This document shows, piece after piece, positions 18,420-28,148 of a DNA stretch of 64,000 nt (position 1 is the stretch's first letter; each line of letters starts with the position of its first letter). The translations under genes were made by a program, and so were the position numbers. This DNA is from an uncultured Bacteroidota bacterium. GTDB lineage: Bacteria > Bacteroidota > Ignavibacteria > UBA10030 > UBA6906. Under the pieces are notes generated by a model. That model saw only the letters and a list, made by a program, of their open reading frames with translations. It searched no databases and had not been told where the DNA came from. The stretch covers positions 1,344,001-1,408,000 of the forward strand of contig CAVOYH010000003.1 of the NCBI GenBank assembly GCA_963700635.1, written 5' to 3'.

Positions 18420-21400
18420 ATGAACATCAGCGCCACGTCCATCAAGCGGCCGGTCTTTGCCACCGTTATGAGCTTCGGGATTCTGCTCTTTGGGATCATT
18501 TCGTTCTCCCGTCTGCCGGTCCGTGAGTATCCGGACATTGACCCCCCCATCATCTCCGTCGTGACATTCTACCGCGGTGCGAGTCCGGACGTTGTGGAGA
18601 CCGAAATAACAAATGTCCTGGAAGAGCAATTTGCCACGCTGGAGGGCGTCAAGACGATGACCTCCTCCAGCAGGGAACAGGGCTCGGTCATCACGATAGA
18701 GTTTGAACTGAACAGGAAGGTGGACGAAGCAGCGAACGATGTGCGTGACCGGGTTTCGCGTGTGCGTGGCAGACTTCCCCGCGAAATCGAGGACCCAGTT
18801 ATTTCAAAAGTTGACGTAAACGCCCAGCCGATTGTCTGGCTGGCCCTCTCGAGTGATATGCACAACGGTCTGGAATTGACCGATGTTGCCGACAGGGTAC
18901 TCAAAGAACGGATTCAACGGCTTACCGGTGTGGGGTCGGTGTTCATAGGCGGCGAACGGCGCTATGCAATGAGGGTCTGGCTGGATCCCCTGCGCATGGC
19001 TGCCCACGGGCTAACGACACAGGATGTTGAGGCCTCAATCCGGAGGGAAAACGCCGAAATTCCGGGCGGCCGCGTGGAAGGAGCAGAGCGGGAGTTTGCG
19101 GTCCGCACGCGCGGAGAGCTTACGACTCCGGAAGAATTTGGCGCGATTATCATATCCCAGAGCAACAATGATATCGTCCGCTTGCGTGATGTTGCGAAAG
19201 TGACGGTGGGGGCCGAAGACGAGCGGACGGTCGCACGGTACAACGGAAAAGCAGCGGTTGGACTCGGCATTGTAAAACAGTCAAAAGCGAGCACCGTGGA
19301 TGTCGCGGCCGAGGTGCGGAACGGCCTCGGAGATTTAACGGCACTGCTTCCCGCCGGTATGAAGCTGGATATTGCCTATGACTCATCAACATTTATCAGC
19401 GAATCGATCAACGAAGTCGTTGAATCGCTTATCATCGCCATCTGTCTGGTTATCCTCGTCGTGCTCGCATTTCTTAAAAGTCTGCGTGCAACAACAATCC
19501 CAACGGTTGCAATACCCATCTCCATCATCGGTGCGTTGACGGTTGTCTATTTTGCCGGTTTCTCCATCAACATCCTGACCCTTCTCGCGCTTGTACTTGC
19601 CATCGGACTTGTGGTGGACGACGCTATCGTCGTGCTGGAAAATATCTACCGCCACATGGAAATGGGAAAGGACCGGTGGCGGGCAGCACTGGACGGGAGC
19701 AAGGAAATCGGATTTGCCGTTATTGCCACCACCATCACGCTCGTGGCTGTGTTTGTGCCGGTTGCATTCCTCACAGGCTCTGTGGGACGTCTGTTCAATG
19801 AATTCGGGATGACGCTTGCAGTTGCGGTGCTGATTTCCGGATTCGTTGCGCTGACACTTTCCCCGATGCTTTCGTCGAAGATTCTCCGGCCGCTTCACGG
19901 TACAAGTTCTGGATGGCCGTCACGCTCTTTCGACGCATTTTTTGACTGGCTGACCGCAATCTATGAACGGACCGTGCGGTTCAGCCTCCAGCACAAGGTT
20001 GTCATGGTTGCTGCCGCAGGCGCAACGGTGATCCTGAGTGTGGTGCTGTTTCGGTACATCCCCAGCGAACTCGTACCGGTTGAGGATCGCGGGATCGGAT
20101 TTGGTATTGTCATTGCCCCCGAGGGCGCGACGCTCGAGTACACGGATAAGTATATGCGTCAGGCGGAACAACGTATTATGGCATTGCCGGAACGGCGGGG
20201 GCTGTTTACTGCTGTCGGGCTGGGCTTCGGCGGGCCGGGCCGAGTAACAAATGGTTTTATGTTCCTGGCCCTGAAACCGCAGAATGAGCGGGAAAAAACA
20301 CAGCAACAGATCGTTCAGGAATTGTTTCCGCAGCTTCTGTCGATTCCGGGCGTGCTTGCCTTTGTTGTCAACCCGCCCAGCCTCGGAGGATCGTTCAGCT
20401 CAAGCCCCGTGCAGTACGTGCTGCAGGCGGAGAGTTACGAAGAGCTGAGCCAGGCAGTCGGGATCATGATGGGTGAAGCCTCAAAACTCGGCACATTGCT
20501 GAATCTGGATACGGATCTACGATTAAACAAGCCCCAGCTGGACCTTGTCATTGACCGGGAGCGTGCGGCGGGACTCGGGGTTTCGGTGACGGATATCGGG
20601 ACTACGCTGGAGACCTTTCTGGGTGGCCGCGCTGTCACAAACTTCAAGCGTGGGACAAAGCAGTATGATGTGATTGTCCAGATGGAACCGTCAGCCCGTG
20701 CAAGGCCTGATGCGATACGGGAGATCTATGTCCGGGGAAGCGGGGGGCTTGTGCAGCTTGCCAATGTGGTGCGGGTGAATGAAACCCTCGGACCGAAAGA
20801 GCTGAACCATTACAACAGAGTCCGTTCCGCAACACTCACGGCCCAGCTTGTCCCGGGCGTGAGCCTGGGTCAGGCCTTAAGCGATCTTGACCGCATCGTA
20901 GAGCAGAAACTTCCCGCAGGGGTGAAAAGGGAATTCGCTGGCCAGTCGCTGGAATACAAGAGCTCCAGCGCGAGTCTGTATTTTATGTTTGTTCTCGCCG
21001 TTGTCTTCATTTACCTCGTGCTTGCCGCACAGTTCGAGAGCTTCGTTCACCCATTTACCATCCTCCTGGCCGTTCCGCTTGCAGTGTTCGGTGCTTTGTT
21101 GACGCTCTTCCTCTTCGGGGAGACCCTGAACATCTATTCTCAAATCGGACTGATCATGCTTGTGGGCCTTGTGACAAAAAACTCGATTCTTATCGTGGAA
21201 TTTTCCAACCAACTGCGGACGCAAGGCAAATCCGTGTACAGTGCCGTGATTGAGGCTGCGACAATCAGATTACGGCCGATTCTGATGACCTCTTTTTCGA
21301 CGGTATTCGGCGTGTTGCCCATAGCGCTCGGACTCGGCGCCGGAGGCGAGTCCAGGCGGCCGCTGGGCCTGGCCGTTGTCGGCGGAGTCCTTTTTTCGAC

Positions 21401-21557
21401 GTTCCTGACACTCATACTTGTCCCTGTCTTGTACTCCATGCTGGCGAGGTTCACAAAGGCCGTGGAGGCAGGGGGAGATGCGCCGGAGCATGAGAACGCG
21501 GGCATCACCGATGATCGGATCGTTAACACGCCGAAACCGCAGAATGTCATTGCGTAG
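18420..21557 (+). CDS. RND efflux permease (AcrB/AcrD/AcrF family)
   Basis: IKRPVFA, LPVREYPDID, GLVVDDAIVVLENI, TKNSILIVEF, RLRPILMTS. Confidence 0.95.
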   Translation: MNISATSIKRPVFATVMSFGILLFGIISFSRLPVREYPDIDPPIISVVTFYRGASPDVVETEITNVLEEQFATLEGVKTMTSSSREQGSVITIEFELNRKVDEAANDVRDRVSRVRGRLPREIEDPVISKVDVNAQPIVWLALSSDMHNGLELTDVADRVLKERIQRLTGVGSVFIGGERRYAMRVWLDPLRMAAHGLTTQDVEASIRRENAEIPGGRVEGAEREFAVRTRGELTTPEEFGAIIISQSNNDIVRLRDVAKVTVGAEDERTVARYNGKAAVGLGIVKQSKASTVDVAAEVRNGLGDLTALLPAGMKLDIAYDSSTFISESINEVVESLIIAICLVILVVLAFLKSLRATTIPTVAIPISIIGALTVVYFAGFSINILTLLALVLAIGLVVDDAIVVLENIYRHMEMGKDRWRAALDGSKEIGFAVIATTITLVAVFVPVAFLTGSVGRLFNEFGMTLAVAVLISGFVALTLSPMLSSKILRPLHGTSSGWPSRSFDAFFDWLTAIYERTVRFSLQHKVVMVAAAGATVILSVVLFRYIPSELVPVEDRGIGFGIVIAPEGATLEYTDKYMRQAEQRIMALPERRGLFTAVGLGFGGPGRVTNGFMFLALKPQNEREKTQQQIVQELFPQLLSIPGVLAFVVNPPSLGGSFSSSPVQYVLQAESYEELSQAVGIMMGEASKLGTLLNLDTDLRLNKPQLDLVIDRERAAGLGVSVTDIGTTLETFLGGRAVTNFKRGTKQYDVIVQMEPSARARPDAIREIYVRGSGGLVQLANVVRVNETLGPKELNHYNRVRSATLTAQLVPGVSLGQALSDLDRIVEQKLPAGVKREFAGQSLEYKSSSASLYFMFVLAVVFIYLVLAAQFESFVHPFTILLAVPLAVFGALLTLFLFGETLNIYSQIGLIMLVGLVTKNSILIVEFSNQLRTQGKSVYSAVIEAATIRLRPILMTSFSTVFGVLPIALGLGAGGESRRPLGLAVVGGVLFSTFLTLILVPVLYSMLARFTKAVEAGGDAPEHENAGITDDRIVNTPKPQNVIA

Positions 21558-21652
21558 CCGTGCGCATATCTTGCGCGGCATCGGCGATGTTCTTATCTTT
21601 GCGACACCATGCCGGTCCGGAAACCTATAACCTCACCCCTCGGAGAGGGCTC

Positions 21653-22285
21653 TTGACGTCCCGGAATCAACAGCACCAACGTCGGCCCTCACCGGCACAG
21701 CGGACAAGCACCACATTTCTCATAAAAAACATGGTCTGTGCCCGCTGCATAAAGGTGGTACACGAAGAACTGCGCCTGCTTGGTCTTGACGTCCGGAGCA
21801 TCAGCCTCGGCGAAGCGGTGGTCTCCGGCAAGATCAGCGCCAGCATCACCAACAGCGTGAAAGCTATGTTGCAGCGCAACGGGTTTGAGTTGATCGAAGA
21901 CAGACGGATCAACACCATCGAGCAGATCAAACTCGCCGTACTCAAACTCGTCAGAAGCGGACTCCGGGACGAGACACGGTTCCGCAACTATTCGGAATCA
22001 CTTGCGCGGGAGATCGGACAGGAGTACCACACTCTCAGCGCACTCTTTTCTTCCATGGAAAGCGTCACCATCGAGCAGTACATCATTCTGCAGCGTATCG
22101 AGCTTGTCAAAGAACTTCTGAAGTACGGCGAGCTTACCCTCAGTGAAATCTCCTATAAGGTGGGTTATAGCAGTGTTCAGCACCTTTCGAATCAGTTCAA
22201 GAAGGTTACCGGGCTGACGCCAAGCCAGTTTAAGAAGATGATGGCAAACACCAGAAAACCCCTCGACCAGGTCTCCCCGGCCTGA
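21653..22285 (+). CDS. AraC-family regulator with N-terminal HMA-like CxxC domain
   Basis: IKNMVCARCIKVV; C-terminal LSEISYKVGYSSVQHLSNQFKKVTGLTPSQF; start uncertain (TTG 21653 after GGAGAGG). Confidence 0.87.
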   Translation: MTSRNQQHQRRPSPAQRTSTTFLIKNMVCARCIKVVHEELRLLGLDVRSISLGEAVVSGKISASITNSVKAMLQRNGFELIEDRRINTIEQIKLAVLKLVRSGLRDETRFRNYSESLAREIGQEYHTLSALFSSMESVTIEQYIILQRIELVKELLKYGELTLSEISYKVGYSSVQHLSNQFKKVTGLTPSQFKKMMANTRKPLDQVSPA

Positions 22286-22333
22286 AGTAAAACGGCACGC
22301 CGTTGCCCATCTCCGCATCCCCATCATGGTCAG

Positions 22334-22388
22334 CTATAACAATTTTCCGGAATTCTGTAACGCCAGAGGGACTCCTCACCCGTATATT
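22334..22388 (+). promoter_or_regulatory. Candidate activator-dependent copA promoter with direct-repeat operator
   Basis: CTATAAC (22334) and CTGTAAC (22355) 21 bp apart; TATATT at 22383; no recognisable -35. Confidence 0.45.
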
Positions 22389-22400
22389 GAGGTGTGAAGA

Positions 22401-24690
22401 ATGCAAGGAGAAACAATGGCACCGGCGGTGGATAAAATGACTAAAACGATGACCCTCCCCATCGAGGGAATGACCTGCGCCAGCTGCGTTCTCCGCGTGG
22501 AGAAGGCATTAAAGCAGGTCGAAGGAGTCCAGGATGCGGCCGTGAATCTCGCGTCTGAAAAGGCGCGCATCACATTCGATCCATCGCGCGTATCAATCCA
22601 GGAACTCCAGGATTCTATCGAGGAATCGGGGTACAAACTTGTGGGCCCGGATCCGGTCAGGATCGGATCGGATGGTCCTGCCGGTGAACCGCCTGGCAGG
22701 CAGGCGGCGCTAAAGCGCTTGAAAACGGAGACTCTCATCAGCGCGCTGTTTGCACTGCCGATCATGGCTCTGAGCATGTTCAGCTTGTCAGACTGGTATA
22801 TGAGCCAGTCCCCGCTGTCCATGGAGACGACCAACATGATTCTGTTTCTCCTCACGACAGTGGTCATGTTCATCCCGGGCCGGAGGTTCTTCAAAGGGTT
22901 CTGGACTACGGTGCGGCATCTGAATGCCGACATGAATACGCTGGTTGCCGTTGGTACGGGCGTTGCATATCTGTACAGCTCCATCGCGGTGCTTTTCCCT
23001 GCCCTGCTTTCCGTCAACGGGGCCACGCCCGAAGTCTATTTTGACACGGCGGCGACGATCATCACATTGATACTCTTCGGCAAACTTCTTGAGGCACTGG
23101 CAAAACAACGAGCCTCGGATGCCATCAGAAAGCTGCTCGATCTTCAGCCAAACAGTGCCCGGGTGATCAGGGATGGACAAGAATCCGATGTGCCCGTTGC
23201 ACAGGTTCAGACCGGTGACATTGTTCTTGTGCGTCCGGGGGAGAGAATTCCCGTTGACGGCACGATTACGCGCGGATTTTCTGTGCTCGACGAGTCCATG
23301 ATCACCGGCGAGAGTCTTCCGGTGGAGAAGCGCGCCGGTGACCATATCGTTGGCGGCACGATCAATCTCAATGGAAGTATTGAATTCGAGGCGACCGCGG
23401 TGGGACAGATGTCCGTGCTCTCGAGAATCGTTGCCATGGTGGAGGAGGCACAGGGATCAAAAGCTCCTGTGCAGAGCCTTGCGGACAAGATCGCGTCGGT
23501 ATTTGTGCCTGCGGTGATCGGGATCGCCTTACTCACGTTTGTATTCTGGTATGTGCTTGCCGGACAGCCCTTTACCCACGCACTTGTCAACTTCATCGCG
23601 GTCCTCATTATTGCGTGTCCCTGTGCGCTTGGTCTGGCCACTCCCACGGCAATTATGGTCGGGACAGGTGCGGGTGCCAGGATGGGTATCCTGATAAAGA
23701 ATGCGGAGAGTCTGGAAAGGACACACCACGTGCGTACGGTGGTTTTCGACAAAACCGGTACGGTTACCACCGGAAAACCGGAGGTGAGCGCGGTGTTTCC
23801 TCTGAACGGGAGTGACCGGACACATGTGCTGAGGATGGCCGCGTCCATTGAACGACTGTCAGAACATCCCCTGGCAGGTGCAATCGTCCGCTACGCAGAG
23901 CGTGAAGGAATCCACCCCGAACAGTCTGAGGCATTTCAATCTGTCACTGGGCTGGGCGTGGCCGGCGCAGTCGGAGGGATTCCCGTGATCGCGGGAAGTC
24001 CGCACTTCATGAAGGAATACGGTATTCAGGTTGACGACCATGGCGAAAGACGTTGCCCGTATCGCAGCGCAGGGAGAGACCTCGGTGCTCGTGGCGATAG
24101 ACGGAACGGTGGCCGGGCTGATAGCGATCGGAGATACGATGAGGGAAACTTCTCCCGGGGCCATACGGGCACTCCACGAGATGGGGCTTGAAACAGTCCT
24201 GCTCTCGGGTGATAACGAGACGACGGCGCGCGTCATAGCAGACAGGGCCGGCATTGACACTGTTATTGCTGGAGTCCTGCCGGAACAGAAGGCGGAGCAC
24301 ATTAAAACGCTTCAGGCCGGGGGGAAGATTGTCGCAATGGTCGGTGATGGCATTAATGACGCCCCTGCTCTGGCGCAGGCGGATATTGGCATAGCCATCG
24401 GAACGGGAACGGATATTGCCATGGAAACCGCAGGCATCACCCTCATGAACGGCGATCTCAGCGGAGTCGTCCGTGCCTTCCATCTGTCATCCCGCACCCT
24501 CCGGGTTATCAAGCAGAATTTATTCTGGGCCTTTATTTATAACGTCATTGGAATCCCTCTTGCCGCCTTTGGCATGCTGAACCCCATGATCGCCGCGGCA
24601 GCAATGGCGTTCAGTTCTGTGAGTGTTGTCAGCAATTCGCTCCGGCTGAAGCGTATCAGGGGAACAAGCGGAGCCTCGCGCACGTTGTAG
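22401..24690 (+). CDS. copA: Copper-translocating P1B-type ATPase; frameshift at ~24030
   Basis: GMTCASC, TGES, CPCALGL, DKTGT, SEHP in first ORF; [20 protein letters not shown] in ORF 24031-24690; removing one base near 24030-24040 joins them. Confidence 0.9.
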
Positions 24691-24762
24691 CAAGAGGGGC
24701 ACTGTGACGTTGGCACGTAAAAATCTTACAGTTCACACTCTTGGGCACTCTCTGGCAGATGT

Positions 24763-25218
24763 ATGCACGTTATGACTAAGAAAATACGCTTCCTGAGCCG
24801 CGCTTTTCTCGCACTCTTTGTCATTGCCAACTCTGGCTTCACGGTTGTGCTGGAGCGTTGCACGATGGCGGAAAACACGGATAGTATGCAGTGCTGCTGC
24901 GGGATGGATCCAGGGATGTGCTCCGACGCATGCGGAGACACGGAAGGGTCTGTGATGAAGCATGGCCCGGTCGTAGAAGATTCTCTGCCGTGCCGTGTTG
25001 TTGCTGTTGCAGGCGGGCTTCAAGATCAACCAATCATTCTCGAACAGGAATCGACAGCTCGACACCTGGTGAAGTCAAATCCGGTGTCAGCACACTTCGT
25101 ATCCCCGGCACCCGACGGGATGGGCCACACGGAGTACGTCCGACTCTCCTCTGGTTTCTCTGCCGTGTCTCCACCCTCCGTGGGGACGTATCTCTTCCAT
25201 TCCAATCTCCGACTCTGA
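24763..25218 (+). CDS. Cys-rich small protein resembling the HYC_CC_PP family found before metal efflux genes
   Basis: Hydrophobic N-terminus, GFTVVLERC, CCC...C...C, C-terminal SPP...Y; located between copA and cusCBA. Confidence 0.6.
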   Translation: MHVMTKKIRFLSRAFLALFVIANSGFTVVLERCTMAENTDSMQCCCGMDPGMCSDACGDTEGSVMKHGPVVEDSLPCRVVAVAGGLQDQPIILEQESTARHLVKSNPVSAHFVSPAPDGMGHTEYVRLSSGFSAVSPPSVGTYLFHSNLRL

Positions 25219-25394
25219 GATTCCCTCTGCGTTAGGGGTGTAAGGAAAGGACTGTCTGACGGTCCAGCACTTCACCCGCGACCCGATTCAATTCTTCTGT
25301 TGTATTCACTGTTTACTGCACCCGCTTGGAATGCGACCACATCGTTTTCTGAAGAATCACAGATTCTTCTGAGCCGTGCGGATGCGACATTATC

Positions 25395-26756
25395 ATGGGA
25401 GTACATGGTATGGTTTCCATCAGATTTCTTATCCTCATTTCACTCGTCACGGCGGTTTGCCATACACTCATGGCAGACCAGGAAAACGCCGCGGGTGGCA
25501 TTGCAGGTTCTACGGGGGCGGCAATGGAGGTTTTGCAGACGGCCGCTCGGGCGGACAGCGAAGCCACCCTTGCCGTCTTTCTCACGCAGGCCCGCGCGGC
25601 CAGTCCGCGTCTGAAGGCCGCACAGACCCGGGCCCGGAGCGCGGAAGGTCGTGTCGATCAGGCAGGAGCGTGGGAAGACCCACAGGTTGGTGTTGAGATT
25701 ATGGGGACGCCGATCACCTCCATAAATCCATTCAGGGACGGAATGGAAACCGACTATTTCATTCAACAGATGATCCCCCTCTCCGGCAAGAAGGGGCTCA
25801 TGCGAGATGCCGCATCAGCAGGCGCCCTCAAGGCCGAACAGACTGCGTATGCCGTCGAACGCACGCTGCGTGCCGATGTGAAGAAGGCGTATGCGATGAT
25901 ATTCTCGGCGCAGCGCAGGATTGGTGTGACGATCGAGAATCGGCGCCTGCTCGCGGAAATCCTTGAATCGACCCGCACCAAGTACAGCACGGGCCAGGTT
26001 TCGCAAAGTGATCTGCTCAAGGTACAGGTCGAATATGCAAGACTGGAAAACGATCTTGCGGGGATCGAACAAGAGTTGGTCAACGCGACAGCGATGATGA
26101 ATATGTTGCGCGGACTTCCGGCGGTAACGCACATCGGCCGCGTCGCTGACGTTCCACTGACAGCGGTACAGGGAACTCTGGAAGAGCTTACGGCACGGGC
26201 TCTGGAGGTCAGGCCCGAACTACGCGGCATGAATTATGAACTCGAGATGAACAGGGCCGAACTCGCGGCGTCCCGGCGAGAAGCGCTGCCGGATCTGATG
26301 GTGCGGGGCATGTACATGCAGATGGCGGAAGGCAAGGACCGGTGGGGTGCTATGGTCAGCATCAACCTTCCCTTTGCCCCCTGGTCCGGTGGAAAGTATG
26401 CAGGGAAGATCGAGGAATTCACGCTCGTCGCCCGGGCCACCGAACAGTCGTTGGCAGACATGCAGAGTATGATCCAGGCGGAGGTCCGGGATACCTGGAC
26501 AAACACCGTGACTGGATGGCACCAAATAGAACGCTTCCGGCAGGTTATCCTTCCGCACTCTGAACAATCGATGCGCGCCATCCTTGCCGCCTATACAACC
26601 GACCGGACGGACTTTCTCTCGTTGCTGGACAGTTATCGGATGCTGCAAAGGGCAAAGTTGGAGTTCGCCATGCTCGTCGGCGACTATGCGATTGCCCTTG
26701 CGAAGCTTGAACGCGCGGTCGGCGAGGATCTCCGGCAGGATGAATCACACAGGTAG
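25395..26756 (+). CDS. TolC-family outer membrane protein of heavy-metal RND system (CusC-like)
   Basis: Signal peptide, QMIPLSGK, RPEL, LPDL, DFLSLLDS; upstream of cusB/cusA-like genes. Confidence 0.88.
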   Translation: MGVHGMVSIRFLILISLVTAVCHTLMADQENAAGGIAGSTGAAMEVLQTAARADSEATLAVFLTQARAASPRLKAAQTRARSAEGRVDQAGAWEDPQVGVEIMGTPITSINPFRDGMETDYFIQQMIPLSGKKGLMRDAASAGALKAEQTAYAVERTLRADVKKAYAMIFSAQRRIGVTIENRRLLAEILESTRTKYSTGQVSQSDLLKVQVEYARLENDLAGIEQELVNATAMMNMLRGLPAVTHIGRVADVPLTAVQGTLEELTARALEVRPELRGMNYELEMNRAELAASRREALPDLMVRGMYMQMAEGKDRWGAMVSINLPFAPWSGGKYAGKIEEFTLVARATEQSLADMQSMIQAEVRDTWTNTVTGWHQIERFRQVILPHSEQSMRAILAAYTTDRTDFLSLLDSYRMLQRAKLEFAMLVGDYAIALAKLERAVGEDLRQDESHR

Positions 26757-26788
26757 TGCTTGCTCCACACAAAAAAGGAATTACGGTG

Positions 26789-28102
26789 ATGAAGAATCTT
26801 CTGGTCTTACTTCTTCTTGGTGTCGTTCTTAGTGCGCCGGCATGTTCACGGTCATCGGACGAAAACGGTCATTCGGCAGCAGACCACGCCAAAGATGTCT
26901 TGTTGAACGCGCAGGGTGAGTACTATACCTGTCCCATGCATCCGTCGGTCATTTCTGACAAGCCGGGGGCCTGTCCCATTTGCGGTATGTCACTTGTCAA
27001 GCGTGTCAAGCAGGCTCCGGTTTCCGAAGGAGACATTGGTGATCTCAAGGCCGTCAGCCTTTCGGTTGCACAACGTGTCATGGCCAATGTCGCCACCCAG
27101 CCGGCCCGCCGCCACACGCTCATGCACATCATCGATGCGGTTGGCGTGATCGAGTATGCAGAGCCCTTACAGGCGATAGTTTCTGCGCGGTTCAGAGGAC
27201 GCATAGACAAACTCCATGTCAACTTCACCGGCGCCGTTGTCCGCAAGGGTCAGCCCCTTTTTGAGATGTACAGCCCGGATCTGATATCAACACAGCGGGA
27301 GTTCGTCCTGGCACTACAGTCTCTCGATGGGGTGTCAGGCGCCGGAGTAGATTCGCCGGTCAGGGCACAGGCAGAGGCGATGGTGAACGCTGTCAGAGAC
27401 CGGCTCCGCGTGCATTACGGCATGACCGCCGGGCAGGTTGAAACGATTGTGTCGACGCGGCAAACCGGTTCCAGCATGACGTTCACCTCTCCGATTCCGG
27501 GAACGGTCGTAGCAAAGGAGGTTCAGGAGGGACAGTATGTTGACGAGGGAATGCTGTTGTACCAGCTTGCGGATCTTTCCACCGTATGGGTGTACCTGGA
27601 TGTCTATGAACAGGACATCCGTTTTATCAGGAAGGGTCAGATGGTCAGCATGACCACAGAGGCATATCCCGGCGAGAAATTCACCGGACGTGTAACCTTT
27701 ATCGATCCCGTGATAGATCCCCAGACGCGCACGACAGGAGTCAGGGTTGAACTGAACAACGCCGGGGGCAAGCTCAAGCCGCAGATGTATGTTCGTGCCG
27801 AAACTCGTATCCCTCTCTCCAATGCGCTGGTCATTCCGTCTTCTGCACTCCTCTCCACGGGCAAACGGGATGTGGTGTGGGTCGAAGTACAATCAAATCT
27901 GTTCGAGCCCCGGAATGTCCTGACAGGGGTCAATGACGGAGCGCACGTGCAGATTCTCGACGGGTTAAAGGAAGGAGAGCTGGTGACAATCCGGGGAGGA
28001 TTCATGCTTGACTCGGAAAGCCAGCTCCAGCAGCCTGCCGGAAAAAATGCTGATCAGGCAGGGGATGAAGCGCCGGTCTCAGGACAGGTTCACGCGCATT
28101 GA
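26789..28102 (+). CDS. cusB: CusB-family periplasmic adaptor with heavy-metal-binding domain
   Basis: YTCPMHP...PGACPICGMSL, YSPDLISTQRE, LADLSTVWV, FMLDSESQ. Confidence 0.9.
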   Translation: MKNLLVLLLLGVVLSAPACSRSSDENGHSAADHAKDVLLNAQGEYYTCPMHPSVISDKPGACPICGMSLVKRVKQAPVSEGDIGDLKAVSLSVAQRVMANVATQPARRHTLMHIIDAVGVIEYAEPLQAIVSARFRGRIDKLHVNFTGAVVRKGQPLFEMYSPDLISTQREFVLALQSLDGVSGAGVDSPVRAQAEAMVNAVRDRLRVHYGMTAGQVETIVSTRQTGSSMTFTSPIPGTVVAKEVQEGQYVDEGMLLYQLADLSTVWVYLDVYEQDIRFIRKGQMVSMTTEAYPGEKFTGRVTFIDPVIDPQTRTTGVRVELNNAGGKLKPQMYVRAETRIPLSNALVIPSSALLSTGKRDVVWVEVQSNLFEPRNVLTGVNDGAHVQILDGLKEGELVTIRGGFMLDSESQLQQPAGKNADQAGDEAPVSGQVHAH

Positions 28103-28148
28103 TCCCTTGGCAAGTCCGGAAGACTGATTCTGAACAAAGGAGTTTCCC

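Noticed and set aside
24020-24045. Programmed frameshift in copA (as for E. coli CopA/CopZ)
   Set aside because: The site is in the nucleotide-binding/phosphorylation region, not after the metal-binding domain; there is no slippery heptamer, and it is one of eight similar indels
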